Source: Clostridia bacterium (GTDB lineage: Bacteria; Bacillota; Clostridia; Oscillospirales; CAG-272). From it: a stretch of DNA of 56,218 bases. The stretch lies in contig JAFYPJ010000038.1 in NCBI GenBank assembly GCA_017547545.1, positions 1 through 56,218 on the forward strand. Reading direction: 5' to 3'. A program made the translations under genes and the position numbers. The notes beneath the pieces are model-generated. The model ran no database searches. It was not told where the DNA came from and saw nothing but the letters and a program-made list of their open reading frames with translations. Below are positions 19,781-28,610 of the stretch, one piece after another; the first letter of the stretch is position 1; each line of letters starts with the position of its first letter.

Positions 19781-21931
19781 TTACATTCTGTAGGACAATT
19801 CCGTAATAATACTTGATACGAAACCAACGATCTTCTGGAGAAGTCCTGTAAATAATAATCCGATAAACATTATAAATGCCATACCAACAATGGTCATAAG
19901 CGATGTGATAACATTTTTAAGAAGAGAATATCCGTGAGTTACCATCATACCGCAAACAACCAAAAGTGCAACCCAAGCCCAACCTATAGTAACAAGCAAG
20001 GATACAACGCCCGCTTCATTCAAAGAGAAGAAGTGAGTACATATTACGGAAGGAATTACAAAGAAGGGTAAGGGAGCAAGTGAATAACCAACTGCTGTAT
20101 AAATATCCTTAAAGCTTCCTTCACCGTCCATAAGTGTGGTAAGACACCAGTTAGCTGTTACCCAAAGGAATACAGGCATAAGTATTGAAACTGCCTGAAC
20201 AAATATTGAACTTGTTGCTCCTGTGGGATTGAAGAGATATGCCTGGCCAACCGCCTGATATGTAAAGGAGATAACAGCCAATATAACCCAGAAGGTTGCA
20301 CCGCGAACAGAACCGCGTTTTTCATGCTTAAGGTCCCAGAATCCGTCGAAGGGATGTCCAAAGAGATGGAACGCATAGAGAACTTCTTCATGCATTTTAC
20401 GCTTGCCCTGCTTCAGGATACCTGCCTTGTTAACCTTGGCAGCCCACTTAAAGAGCCATGACAAACCGAGAACAACTAATATTGCAACTACGGGAATAAG
20501 AAGAATTACCTTCTGAGCAACTTCTTTTCTGTATTCCTTAAATGCATTTGAATAGTTTGTAGTATCATAAGCAGACTTAAAGTATTCCATACTTTCCTGC
20601 CACTTACCGCTACGGTAAAGAGACTTACCGATACCAACATATGCCGCATCAAAGTTACCGTTTCTCTGGAGGATCTTTTCCCAGTCTTCAACGGCCTTAT
20701 CATAGTTTCTTTCATTATCGTTATGAAGTGCGTCAATAAGAATATCACCGTACTCTGTTCTTTCGTATACAGTTATTGAAAGCTCTGTTTTATCAAGAAT
20801 AAGAAGCTTTGAACCCTGGTATACAAGACCTTCCGCCATCTTAAGGTTACCGAGCATTTCGCCCTTATCACCAAAGATGTGAAGCAAACGGCCGTAAGAA
20901 TCATAGGTATAAACCTTGGAACGCTTTTCGTCGATAATAGACCATGTGCCTTCATCACCAAGCGCCACGTCAATTATCTTGGAAGCACCGATGATATCAC
21001 TGGAGGATTTAGAGCTCCAGATAACATTTACTTCACCGCCGGGACCAAAGAATCCACCGCGAACCATAACATCATCACCTGAAGAATTGAGCTTTTTGAC
21101 AGGAGAATAATCGCTGGATTTACCCTCGATAGCTGCCTGCTGAGCAGATTCTTCGATAGAGGAAGAAGTAACATAAACAAAGCCTTCGTCGTCTATTGTG
21201 ATATTATTATACTCTGTAGGAACATAGCTTTGAGACTGTGCTCTCTGCTCTGCTGTCATAAATGACTGCCAAAGAATATCCGCCGCATCAACAGAAACCT
21301 TCTGTGCACCGAGAAAGCTCTGGAATTCGCCTTCTTTGTTAAGAACGATTACACCCATGTAGGTTGTGGAGGATACAACATAAAGGTTTCCTACATCATC
21401 TACCGCCAATGCAACCGGCTTATAAATAGCATCCGATTCCATAACCTCGGAGCTGGGCTCCTGGATCACGCTGTGGAAGGGGAACATTACATCACCCTCA
21501 GGGGTACGGCTGAATAATACAATTCGGCTGTTTTCGGTATCTGCTACATAAATAAAATCATCTGTAACATACATACCGCTGGGCGCACTGAGTGAATCGG
21601 GTACACCCTGATCGTTAATGAACTCATTACCGAAATGAGTTACATATTTATAATACTTGTCAAGCATGTAGATACAGTTCTTACCGTTATCTACAATATA
21701 AACATTTTCATTCTCGTCTACAACGATGTCTGAAGGATTAACAAGGTTTTCGGGCAAGCCCATTGCTTCCCACTTTACCTCTCTGTCCGGTGTGTATGCA
21801 TCAGGAGAGTCAACCGGCACACCTGCAATTGAGTAGGTGTAGGAGGTATATGCATCTGCGAAGGATGCAACCCCGCCGAGTAAGGTAAACAGACAAAGTG
21901 AGAGAGCTATTAAAGAAAGATATCTTTTCAT
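19781..21931 (-). CDS. Fusion protein: secreted NHL-repeat beta-propeller, TPR-like segment, TM helix and C-terminal Yip1-type polytopic domain
   Basis: Signal peptide. NHL-like blades (VYIVDNGKNCIYMLDK, IYVADTENSRIVLFS, LYVVSSTTYMGVIVLNKEG, VYVTSSS...). TPR-like NYDKAVEDWEKILQRNGNFDAAYVGIGKSLYRSGKWQESMEYF. A TM helix, then HPFDGFWDLKHEKRGS followed by 5 TM helices. Confidence 0.85.
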   Translation of the reverse strand: MKRYLSLIALSLCLFTLLGGVASFADAYTSYTYSIAGVPVDSPDAYTPDREVKWEAMGLPENLVNPSDIVVDENENVYIVDNGKNCIYMLDKYYKYVTHFGNEFINDQGVPDSLSAPSGMYVTDDFIYVADTENSRIVLFSRTPEGDVMFPFHSVIQEPSSEVMESDAIYKPVALAVDDVGNLYVVSSTTYMGVIVLNKEGEFQSFLGAQKVSVDAADILWQSFMTAEQRAQSQSYVPTEYNNITIDDEGFVYVTSSSIEESAQQAAIEGKSSDYSPVKKLNSSGDDVMVRGGFFGPGGEVNVIWSSKSSSDIIGASKIIDVALGDEGTWSIIDEKRSKVYTYDSYGRLLHIFGDKGEMLGNLKMAEGLVYQGSKLLILDKTELSITVYERTEYGDILIDALHNDNERNYDKAVEDWEKILQRNGNFDAAYVGIGKSLYRSGKWQESMEYFKSAYDTTNYSNAFKEYRKEVAQKVILLIPVVAILVVLGLSWLFKWAAKVNKAGILKQGKRKMHEEVLYAFHLFGHPFDGFWDLKHEKRGSVRGATFWVILAVISFTYQAVGQAYLFNPTGATSSIFVQAVSILMPVFLWVTANWCLTTLMDGEGSFKDIYTAVGYSLAPLPFFVIPSVICTHFFSLNEAGVVSLLVTIGWAWVALLVVCGMMVTHGYSLLKNVITSLMTIVGMAFIMFIGLLFTGLLQKIVGFVSSIITELSYRM

Positions 21932-21942
21932 GCTTTTCCTCC

Positions 21943-22827
21943 TTAGTCTTTCATACCCGACGATGCCATAGTTTCAACTATCTGGCTCTGGTTTACAACG
22001 AATACTATGATCGGCACGCTCATAAGAAGTACCGAACCTGCTGTTGCCGCACCAACATTAGTACCTGCGGCACCTGTTATCTGTACGATAGCAGCATTAA
22101 ATGTTTTAAGCTGTTCACTCCATACATAAACGGAAGCACCTGCATTCCATACAGACTGGAAGGTTGTAACGATAAGTGTAAGCCATGCAGGCTTAACCAA
22201 AGGCATTGCTATCTTCCAATATATATAGAATTCTTTTGCACCGTCAATACGGGCAGCCTCTATCATCTCATCCGAAATACCGTCATCAATAAAGTTCTTC
22301 ATAAGGTAAAGACCAAGGGTTGATGCCCATACGGGAAGAATCGAAATAGAGTAGGTATTAAGCATACCGAGATAACAGTAAATAATAAAGTTGTATGTAC
22401 CTGTAATGGTAGAACCGATCATAAGAGAGTAAACGATTATATTGTTGATAACCTTATAACCGGGCATACGAACCTTAGAAAGTGAATATGCCGTCATTGA
22501 ACCTAAAAGCAAACATCCTAAGGTAGAAGCTACCGAAATGAATACGGTATTAAAGATATACCTTGAAATAGGAACCCATGTTTGGTTCATGTTTGTAAAA
22601 AGGTCAATAAAGTTCTTCATGGTGGGCTTGATAACATACATCTTGGGAGGTGTTATGGAAAGCTCACCAAGAGGCTTGAATGCGGTTATTACCGTATAAT
22701 ACATAGGAAGGAACATCAATGCACCGAGTATTACAAGCATTACTGTAATAACTGTATCGCCCCCGGCAGAACGGTTAAGTACGACCTTATGTTTTCTGAC
22801 ACGCAATCTTTTAACTTTTTTTGCCAT
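21943..22827 (-). CDS. Carbohydrate ABC transporter permease (MalG-like), pair 1
   Basis: 6 TM helices, EAA loop EAARIDGAKEFYIYWKIAMP. Confidence 0.9.
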   Translation of the reverse strand: MAKKVKRLRVRKHKVVLNRSAGGDTVITVMLVILGALMFLPMYYTVITAFKPLGELSITPPKMYVIKPTMKNFIDLFTNMNQTWVPISRYIFNTVFISVASTLGCLLLGSMTAYSLSKVRMPGYKVINNIIVYSLMIGSTITGTYNFIIYCYLGMLNTYSISILPVWASTLGLYLMKNFIDDGISDEMIEAARIDGAKEFYIYWKIAMPLVKPAWLTLIVTTFQSVWNAGASVYVWSEQLKTFNAAIVQITGAAGTNVGAATAGSVLLMSVPIIVFVVNQSQIVETMASSGMKD

Positions 22828-22828
22828 A

Positions 22829-23803
22829 CTACTGTCCCACCTTTGCTAACATTTTATTTACAAGACGGTTCGAGGTGAACATGAGGATAAACATGAACAA
22901 CGCGATCGCCGATGCATAACCGAACTCAAAACGGGTACTCATGTACTCGGTAAGATGATGGTTAAGAGTCCATGCACAATAGTTTACTGAGGGTGTTCCG
23001 CAGAGAAGTGTTACGATAGCACCAAAGCCAAAAGCGTTGGTAATAGACATAACCGCACCGAACATAAGCATGGATTTCATATTGGGAAGGGTAACAAACC
23101 AAACCTCCTGCCAACGGTTCTTAATACCGTCAACCGCACCTGCTTCATACTGAGCACGGTCAACACCCTGAAGTCCCGCGATAAAGGAAAGGAAGGAAAT
23201 ACCCAAGCTGGTCCAGATAGAAATAAATATCATCAAAGGAACGATGTAGGTTTCATTCTGGAAAAAGAGGATCGGTTCGCTTATAAGGCCTAACTTCATG
23301 AGCCAGCCGTTTGCAAATCCGTAGATATCTCCTCTGAATACAAGTAAGAAAATGGTGTGCGCACCGCCGGAAATACCGGGTGCATAAAATATAAATGTAA
23401 CCAATGCTCTTGCTTTAGGTGAAAGCTCGTTGATAAACCAAGCAAGAATAAAGCTTAAGATAAAGGACGCAGGTCCCGTTGTAAGAGCAAAGATCATTGT
23501 GTTTTTGAATGCGGTGATGAACAAATCGTCATCAAGAAACATTCTGATAAAATTATCAAATCCAACCCATTTAGGGAACTGGAACATATTAAAAGATGTA
23601 AAGCTGAGTAAGAGTGAGAGTATAACGGGTATAACAGTAAAAACAAGGAACATTATCATAAAGGGTGTTATCATAAGATAGCCCGCTCTTGTTCTTTTCA
23701 TCTCACTTCTTATGTACTGCCATCTTGTCATATCTTTTTTGGAAACCGGCTGTTTGCTCTTTTTTTCCGGTTTGGTACTCTTTTTTACAGCAGTATCTGA
23801 CAT
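22829..23803 (-). CDS. Sugar ABC transporter permease (MalF-like), pair 1
   Basis: Lys-rich N-terminus, 6 TM helices, EAA loop YEAGAVDGIKNRWQEVWFVTLP. Confidence 0.9.
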   Translation of the reverse strand: MSDTAVKKSTKPEKKSKQPVSKKDMTRWQYIRSEMKRTRAGYLMITPFMIMFLVFTVIPVILSLLLSFTSFNMFQFPKWVGFDNFIRMFLDDDLFITAFKNTMIFALTTGPASFILSFILAWFINELSPKARALVTFIFYAPGISGGAHTIFLLVFRGDIYGFANGWLMKLGLISEPILFFQNETYIVPLMIFISIWTSLGISFLSFIAGLQGVDRAQYEAGAVDGIKNRWQEVWFVTLPNMKSMLMFGAVMSITNAFGFGAIVTLLCGTPSVNYCAWTLNHHLTEYMSTRFEFGYASAIALFMFILMFTSNRLVNKMLAKVGQ

Positions 23804-23866
23804 GAGTAATTCTCCTTTTCAATATTATTTTTTAAAGGGTTAACTTTTGGGGCAGAGGGTGCGAAA

Positions 23867-26800
23867 TTACTTCGCATCCTCGTCATAAGTTACCGGCCAA
23901 AAGTCCAAACCGAATTCTTCACGCTTACGCGCAATTTCCTTATTTATATATGTAACCTGTTCAAGCATTGCATCAGCAGGGTTGTCACCTCTGTTGTATG
24001 CATTAAGGAATGCAAAGGATACATACTGAGTTAAGATGTATGAACCGGGATATTCGGGTACGGTTTCAAGACTTGAAAGAATACCGCGAACCGCCGCACG
24101 TTCTTCATCTGTCCACTTCTGTGAAAGAAGTGCTTTAACATTTGCGGTTGAATACTTGGTTGTAGGAAGTGAAGTTGCAATAGTTTCTCTTGCCTGACGC
24201 ATCTGAGAATCAGAACCGCAGTACCACTTCATATATGTCCATATAGTATCCTTCTTTTCCTGGCTGCGGCCTCTGTCTTTAGGCATGATCATTGCCATTG
24301 TGTTTGCAACCGCAGTATGATTTACAGTACCGTCCTCCTGAACTGTACCGATAGCTGGTGCAAGCTGCCACAAGCCACGGAGTTCATAGTATGTCATAAG
24401 GGTATTGTAAATTGTAATACCGTCTTCAGAAACCATTATCGGAATTTCACCTGTTCTGAAACGGGTAATATCGTATGCAACGGGAGCACTGTACTTCTGG
24501 AACATTTCGCAGAGAGTTTTAAATGCGGAAAGTGATTCGGTAGAATCAAGATTTGTTCTGTAACCGTTGTCACGGAAGAGATCTCCGCCTTCTTGCTGAT
24601 AGATAAAGAGCTGTGCGCCGGGAAGTGCTGTTGAAAGACCGATGTCAAAATTGTTATTCAAAAGCGCGGGCATTGAGGAAAGCAGCTCTGTCCAGCTTTC
24701 GGGCATACCGATACCTAATTCATGGAGTACATCAACACGGTAGAATGCCATAGGCATAATAAGTGTTGTAGGCAAGCCGTATGTATTGTATTCTTCTTTA
24801 CCTGTTTTTTCATTAAGTGCCGTCATAGATACTTTCTTATACCAGGGATTTTCCTCAAGGGGAACATCCTTTCCTTCTTCAACAGCGGCATAAGAATATT
24901 CATCCATTATATCTTTAAAGCCCGGCATGTCTTGTACAGGTTCAATAGCAGTTCGCATACCGAAGGTTATTGTGTTAACCGTATCAAGGAAGGAAATATC
25001 CGGTCCTATACCTGCCAGGATCGCTTCCTGCAAGCCGGCGGTAATAACCTTAATATATAATGCAGTTCCTTCACCGGGACAACCTTCTGCCGAGAAGTAG
25101 TTATCAACAATATATCTTGTGATAAGCATTGATTCACGGTCTGCAATCGCCCACATTTCAATAACATCGTCTTCGTTGCCCTTACTGTCTTCGGTTACTG
25201 CGTCACCTGAGAAACCGATGGTAGTATAGTCCATTGTGAAACTTGCTACAAATGCTTTGCATTCAAACCATACCTTCTGGAATGCATTTGATACATCCTG
25301 AGGCAATTCTTCGTTTACATCACCTATAACGAAATAGTCAAGCTTAACGGGCTGACCCAATGCTGCATATAACCAGTCACTGAGTGCAATTATATAGTTT
25401 TTGAACGTAAGGAAATTAGGTGCAATCTGATATTCATCCTTTGCCATATCCTCAAAAAGTTCTGCTATGGTAAGAAGGGTATTTGTCTGGTCACCGTCGG
25501 CGCCTGTCATTTCAACGATATCTTCCTGAATCTCATAAAGCTCGTTTGCCGCTTCACCGATAGATACGATGCAATCGGGAACAAGTCTTCTAAAGCCGTA
25601 ATCACGGTATGAGTCGGGAACGGGACCGGTAATCATAAGCATTCTCTGATAAACATCATTAAGCTCGTCTATCATCTGCTCTATCTGATATACATATTTT
25701 TCCATTTCACCGAGAACTATTTCTATTTCAACGGTATTAACACCCTCTTCAAGATAGAAAAGGAATTCCTGTTCACCGTTGTTCGCATAAGCAGACTGGA
25801 ACTCGGTATTATACATAAATCTTAAATGGCTTGCCTCACGGAACTGAACCTCACCGTTTATCTTAACTCTTCTTGAAGAGAACATACCGATAAGGGAGTT
25901 CTGACGGAAACGGAAAGACATAGAGTAGAGACCTGTTTCTTTTACCTCTACCTCGTATTTCATCCAGTTGTTGTTACCGCCGTTGTCAAGAATATTATAT
26001 TTGATAACCGCAGGATCCTGGGGCTCAGTGATGGAGGAGGTTCTGTCATTACCGGGGAATACATTCTGAACAGATACATATTCGGGGTTTTCAGCCTGAA
26101 CCTTTATAGGCTCATGATCTTCAACTTCCTTAACACCGTTTGCTTTCATTTCCTTGAGCCATTCGTCATATGTAGGCTCTTCTTCATGTCTGTAGAATTC
26201 GATCTTGCTGATAACCATGTGTTCACGGTTAGAAACAAGAGTTAAGGTATGCCAACCTTCGTCAAGATAGAATTCAAAAGGATCAATATCATAACCCAAC
26301 CAGTCACGAACATAGTAGGTCTGCCACATGGGAACTTCCCAACGCCTCGGTCTTGTATCGTTACCGTTTTTATCTTCGGGGAAGGTGTAGCAGTCATATT
26401 CTTTGTCTATTATTCTGCCTGTTTCTTCATCTACGACATATTTGTCTGTATCATAGCCCATTTCTTCAAGAGTCTTACCTTCTTCGATTGTACGGTATTC
26501 GTAAGACCAGCAACGGGGGAAGTAAAGATATCTTGCTTCCGAGAAGGGAAGCTTACCGTCGATGTAAAGCATACGCTCGATGGTTGTGGATATCTCTGCA
26601 TCTTCAAGCTCTTCATCAGAATCCGCCTGAGGATTGGATGTGTAGGTAATACGCATAGCGTACATGCCTGTTTTTTCAACATTGAAACGGAATACAGTCT
26701 CACCGGTATCACCTGTGCTTAAAACAGTTCCGGTAACCTCATCCTCATAGCTGAAATGACCTGCAACAACACCCTTGGTATCCTTAACCTCGGATGCATC

Positions 26801-27310
26801 CTTGAGTTCATAGCTGGCAGTAGTGTAAACAATTTCTTCTTTCTGATCTTCTTCTTCCTTCTTCGCATCTTCGGAAGCAGGATCTTCTTCAAGATCAGCA
26901 GTTTCACTGTTGTCGGCATTAGCTTCGGCATTTTCTGCCTCTTCCTGAGCCTCCTGCTCTGCTATAAGGTCTTCTGCCTGTTCTGCTGAATAAACGGTTT
27001 TACCGTCTGCAGATACAGGTTCGTCTTCTGTAACGAGATCCTCATATGTGATGACAATATTGGCATCCTCGGGAGCCTTCTTGGCATCAGCATGCTCGTC
27101 GGTATAATCTATATAAGAGTCTACACCGATAAGCTTTTCCAATTGCACCGCATCGTAATGATAGAGGGATGCAAGAGGATCAACCGTTACTTCCTCTTTC
27201 TGGGAAGAGTCATCTTCTGCGGCATACACCAACACGGACGTTGACAGGACGCCGAAGAGCATAAGCACCGCCATGGAAAATGACAGGATTTTTTTAATCC
27301 TTACGTTCAT
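23867..27310 (-). CDS. Giant extracellular solute-binding protein: signal peptide, acidic linker, two CBM-like beta-sandwich modules and a family-1 SBP domain
   Basis: Start placed at MNVRIKKILSF... (ATG 27310, RBS aaggaggaaac). CBM6/35-like blocks (VFRFNVEKTGMYAMRITY...LYIDGK; KYEVEVKETGLYSMSFRFRQ...VKINGE). The C-terminal ~550 aa look like an SBP (VIEMWAI, YGLPTTLIMPMAFYRVDVLHELGI, WQLAPAIG). Confidence 0.85.
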   Translation of the reverse strand: MNVRIKKILSFSMAVLMLFGVLSTSVLVYAAEDDSSQKEEVTVDPLASLYHYDAVQLEKLIGVDSYIDYTDEHADAKKAPEDANIVITYEDLVTEDEPVSADGKTVYSAEQAEDLIAEQEAQEEAENAEANADNSETADLEEDPASEDAKKEEEDQKEEIVYTTASYELKDASEVKDTKGVVAGHFSYEDEVTGTVLSTGDTGETVFRFNVEKTGMYAMRITYTSNPQADSDEELEDAEISTTIERMLYIDGKLPFSEARYLYFPRCWSYEYRTIEEGKTLEEMGYDTDKYVVDEETGRIIDKEYDCYTFPEDKNGNDTRPRRWEVPMWQTYYVRDWLGYDIDPFEFYLDEGWHTLTLVSNREHMVISKIEFYRHEEEPTYDEWLKEMKANGVKEVEDHEPIKVQAENPEYVSVQNVFPGNDRTSSITEPQDPAVIKYNILDNGGNNNWMKYEVEVKETGLYSMSFRFRQNSLIGMFSSRRVKINGEVQFREASHLRFMYNTEFQSAYANNGEQEFLFYLEEGVNTVEIEIVLGEMEKYVYQIEQMIDELNDVYQRMLMITGPVPDSYRDYGFRRLVPDCIVSIGEAANELYEIQEDIVEMTGADGDQTNTLLTIAELFEDMAKDEYQIAPNFLTFKNYIIALSDWLYAALGQPVKLDYFVIGDVNEELPQDVSNAFQKVWFECKAFVASFTMDYTTIGFSGDAVTEDSKGNEDDVIEMWAIADRESMLITRYIVDNYFSAEGCPGEGTALYIKVITAGLQEAILAGIGPDISFLDTVNTITFGMRTAIEPVQDMPGFKDIMDEYSYAAVEEGKDVPLEENPWYKKVSMTALNEKTGKEEYNTYGLPTTLIMPMAFYRVDVLHELGIGMPESWTELLSSMPALLNNNFDIGLSTALPGAQLFIYQQEGGDLFRDNGYRTNLDSTESLSAFKTLCEMFQKYSAPVAYDITRFRTGEIPIMVSEDGITIYNTLMTYYELRGLWQLAPAIGTVQEDGTVNHTAVANTMAMIMPKDRGRSQEKKDTIWTYMKWYCGSDSQMRQARETIATSLPTTKYSTANVKALLSQKWTDEERAAVRGILSSLETVPEYPGSYILTQYVSFAFLNAYNRGDNPADAMLEQVTYINKEIARKREEFGLDFWPVTYDEDAK

Positions 27311-27569
27311 TTTTGTTTCCTCCTTAAGGGTTAAATGATTTTTCGCAAATCCAAAAAAGGGCAACAATACCCCAACAGGCATAACTATCCCAAAAGAATA
27401 TACCCGTTGGTTTTCGCACAAAACCATGCCGCATCCTCTTTCCAAAGCTCCGTTTTGCATGCTTTTATCCGGTTCAGAATACGGTTGCCGTTACCCATGA
27501 ACCAAAGCATTTCACACGGTTTTTGTGCAGAGAAAAGGCTTGGTTTTCCCTTTTATTTTCATGTTTATT

Positions 27570-27598
27570 ATAATACCACAGCCACCGATAAATGTCAA
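27570..27598 (-). promoter_or_regulatory. Sigma-A-type promoter for the 7-gene cluster
   Basis: Reverse strand reads TTGACA-17 nt-TATTAT. This implies a ~250-nt untranslated leader before ATG 27310. Confidence 0.55.
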
Positions 27599-27729
27599 GT
27601 GCAGAGTTTTAATGTCGCCTTATGTCATAAGGGTTTACGGGAAATTTTATTAAGTAATTTTTAATTTTACCAAGGGCTTTTTTTTCAATGAATTTCCATT
27701 TGTTTCTTTCAAGTCAAAAACATGCTTCG

Positions 27730-27920
27730 TTTTTTTGTGACGAATCGAGAAATTTTTGCTGAAATTTTGTGCATTTTCCCGTTTTTTTAACAATTTCAAC
27801 ATATAAAATGCCGCATCTGATTCGGTTTATCCATGTAAAAAAATTCAAAATTTTTGTATAATTTCCACAAAATTTTGCTATTTTTTTCTACACATATACA
27901 AATTGCACAAAATTTCAAAA
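27730..27920. promoter_or_regulatory. Phased A/T-tract (likely curved) DNA with three copies of CACAAAATTT between divergent promoters
   Basis: T/A runs recur about every 10-11 bp (near 27733, 27755, 27766, 27775, 27785 and near 27840, 27851, 27862, 27872, 27884). TGCACAAAATTTC is at 27904-27916, its exact reverse complement at 27761-27773, and CACAAAATTT at 27866-27875. Confidence 0.45.
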
Positions 27921-27970
27921 AAGCCGATTTTTTGTGAATTCGGCGCCATTTTAACACGATTTATAAAAAT

Positions 27971-27999
27971 TTGACAGTTGCAGATTAAACTGATATAAT
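27971..27999 (+). promoter_or_regulatory. Consensus sigma-A promoter for yfbR-rsuA-tex
   Basis: TTGACA (27971-27976), 17 nt, TATAAT (27994-27999). Confidence 0.7.
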
Positions 28000-28031
28000 A
28001 TTATCATAAAAAATCCGAAAGGAAAAACGAA

Positions 28032-28610
28032 ATGAAAAACTCCTTTTACCCTATGATTTTCCGCCAGCGTTATATACGCCGCTGGGGACTCATGAGAAAT
28101 ATGACAGAAGAAACGCTCAGCGAACATTCCTATGAGGTTGCGGTTCTTGCCCACGCACTATGCACCGTTGGGAACAGATATTTCAACAAAAACTATGACA
28201 CGGGCAAAGCGGTCAGCTACGCACTTTTTCATGATGCGCAGGAGGTTTATACCGGTGATATGCCAACCCCTGCAAAATATTATAATGAAAGCATGCGCCG
28301 CAATTATGCCGAAATTGAGGATAATGCTACAAAAAAGTTACTTTCAATGCTTCCCGAAGAGTTGCAGCCGGACTACAGCGAGCTGCTCTGCCAGAATGAC
28401 AGCGAGCTTCATCTTATAGTAAAAGCAGCAGACAAATTAAGTGCATATATCAAATGTATAGAAGAACTCAAATGCAACAACAATGAATTTAAAAGTGCCG
28501 CAAAAGCTACCCTTAGATCACTCAAGGAAAACCCTCTGCCTGAGCTTCATTATTTTATGGAGAATTTCCTGCCCGCATTTGAAAGCGATCTTGACGAATT
28601 GCAGATGTAA
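28032..28610 (+). CDS. yfbR: HD-domain 5'-deoxynucleotidase (YfbR-like)
   Basis: RQRYIRRWGLMRN...ETLSEHSYEVAVLAHAL...LFHDAQEVYTGDMPTP. Confidence 0.8.
   Translation: MKNSFYPMIFRQRYIRRWGLMRNMTEETLSEHSYEVAVLAHALCTVGNRYFNKNYDTGKAVSYALFHDAQEVYTGDMPTPAKYYNESMRRNYAEIEDNATKKLLSMLPEELQPDYSELLCQNDSELHLIVKAADKLSAYIKCIEELKCNNNEFKSAAKATLRSLKENPLPELHYFMENFLPAFESDLDELQM

Noticed and set aside
27311-27460. 50-aa N-terminal extension of the giant SBP ORF (MQNGALERGCGMV...)
   Set aside because: It has no RBS, and the internal ATG at 27310 has a strong aaggagg and begins a textbook signal peptide. The extension is more likely untranslated leader.
27335-27664. 109-aa plus-strand ORF in the long intergenic region
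   Set aside because: It has no RBS, an odd composition and no recognizable motif. It overlaps the predicted leader and promoter of the minus-strand operon.
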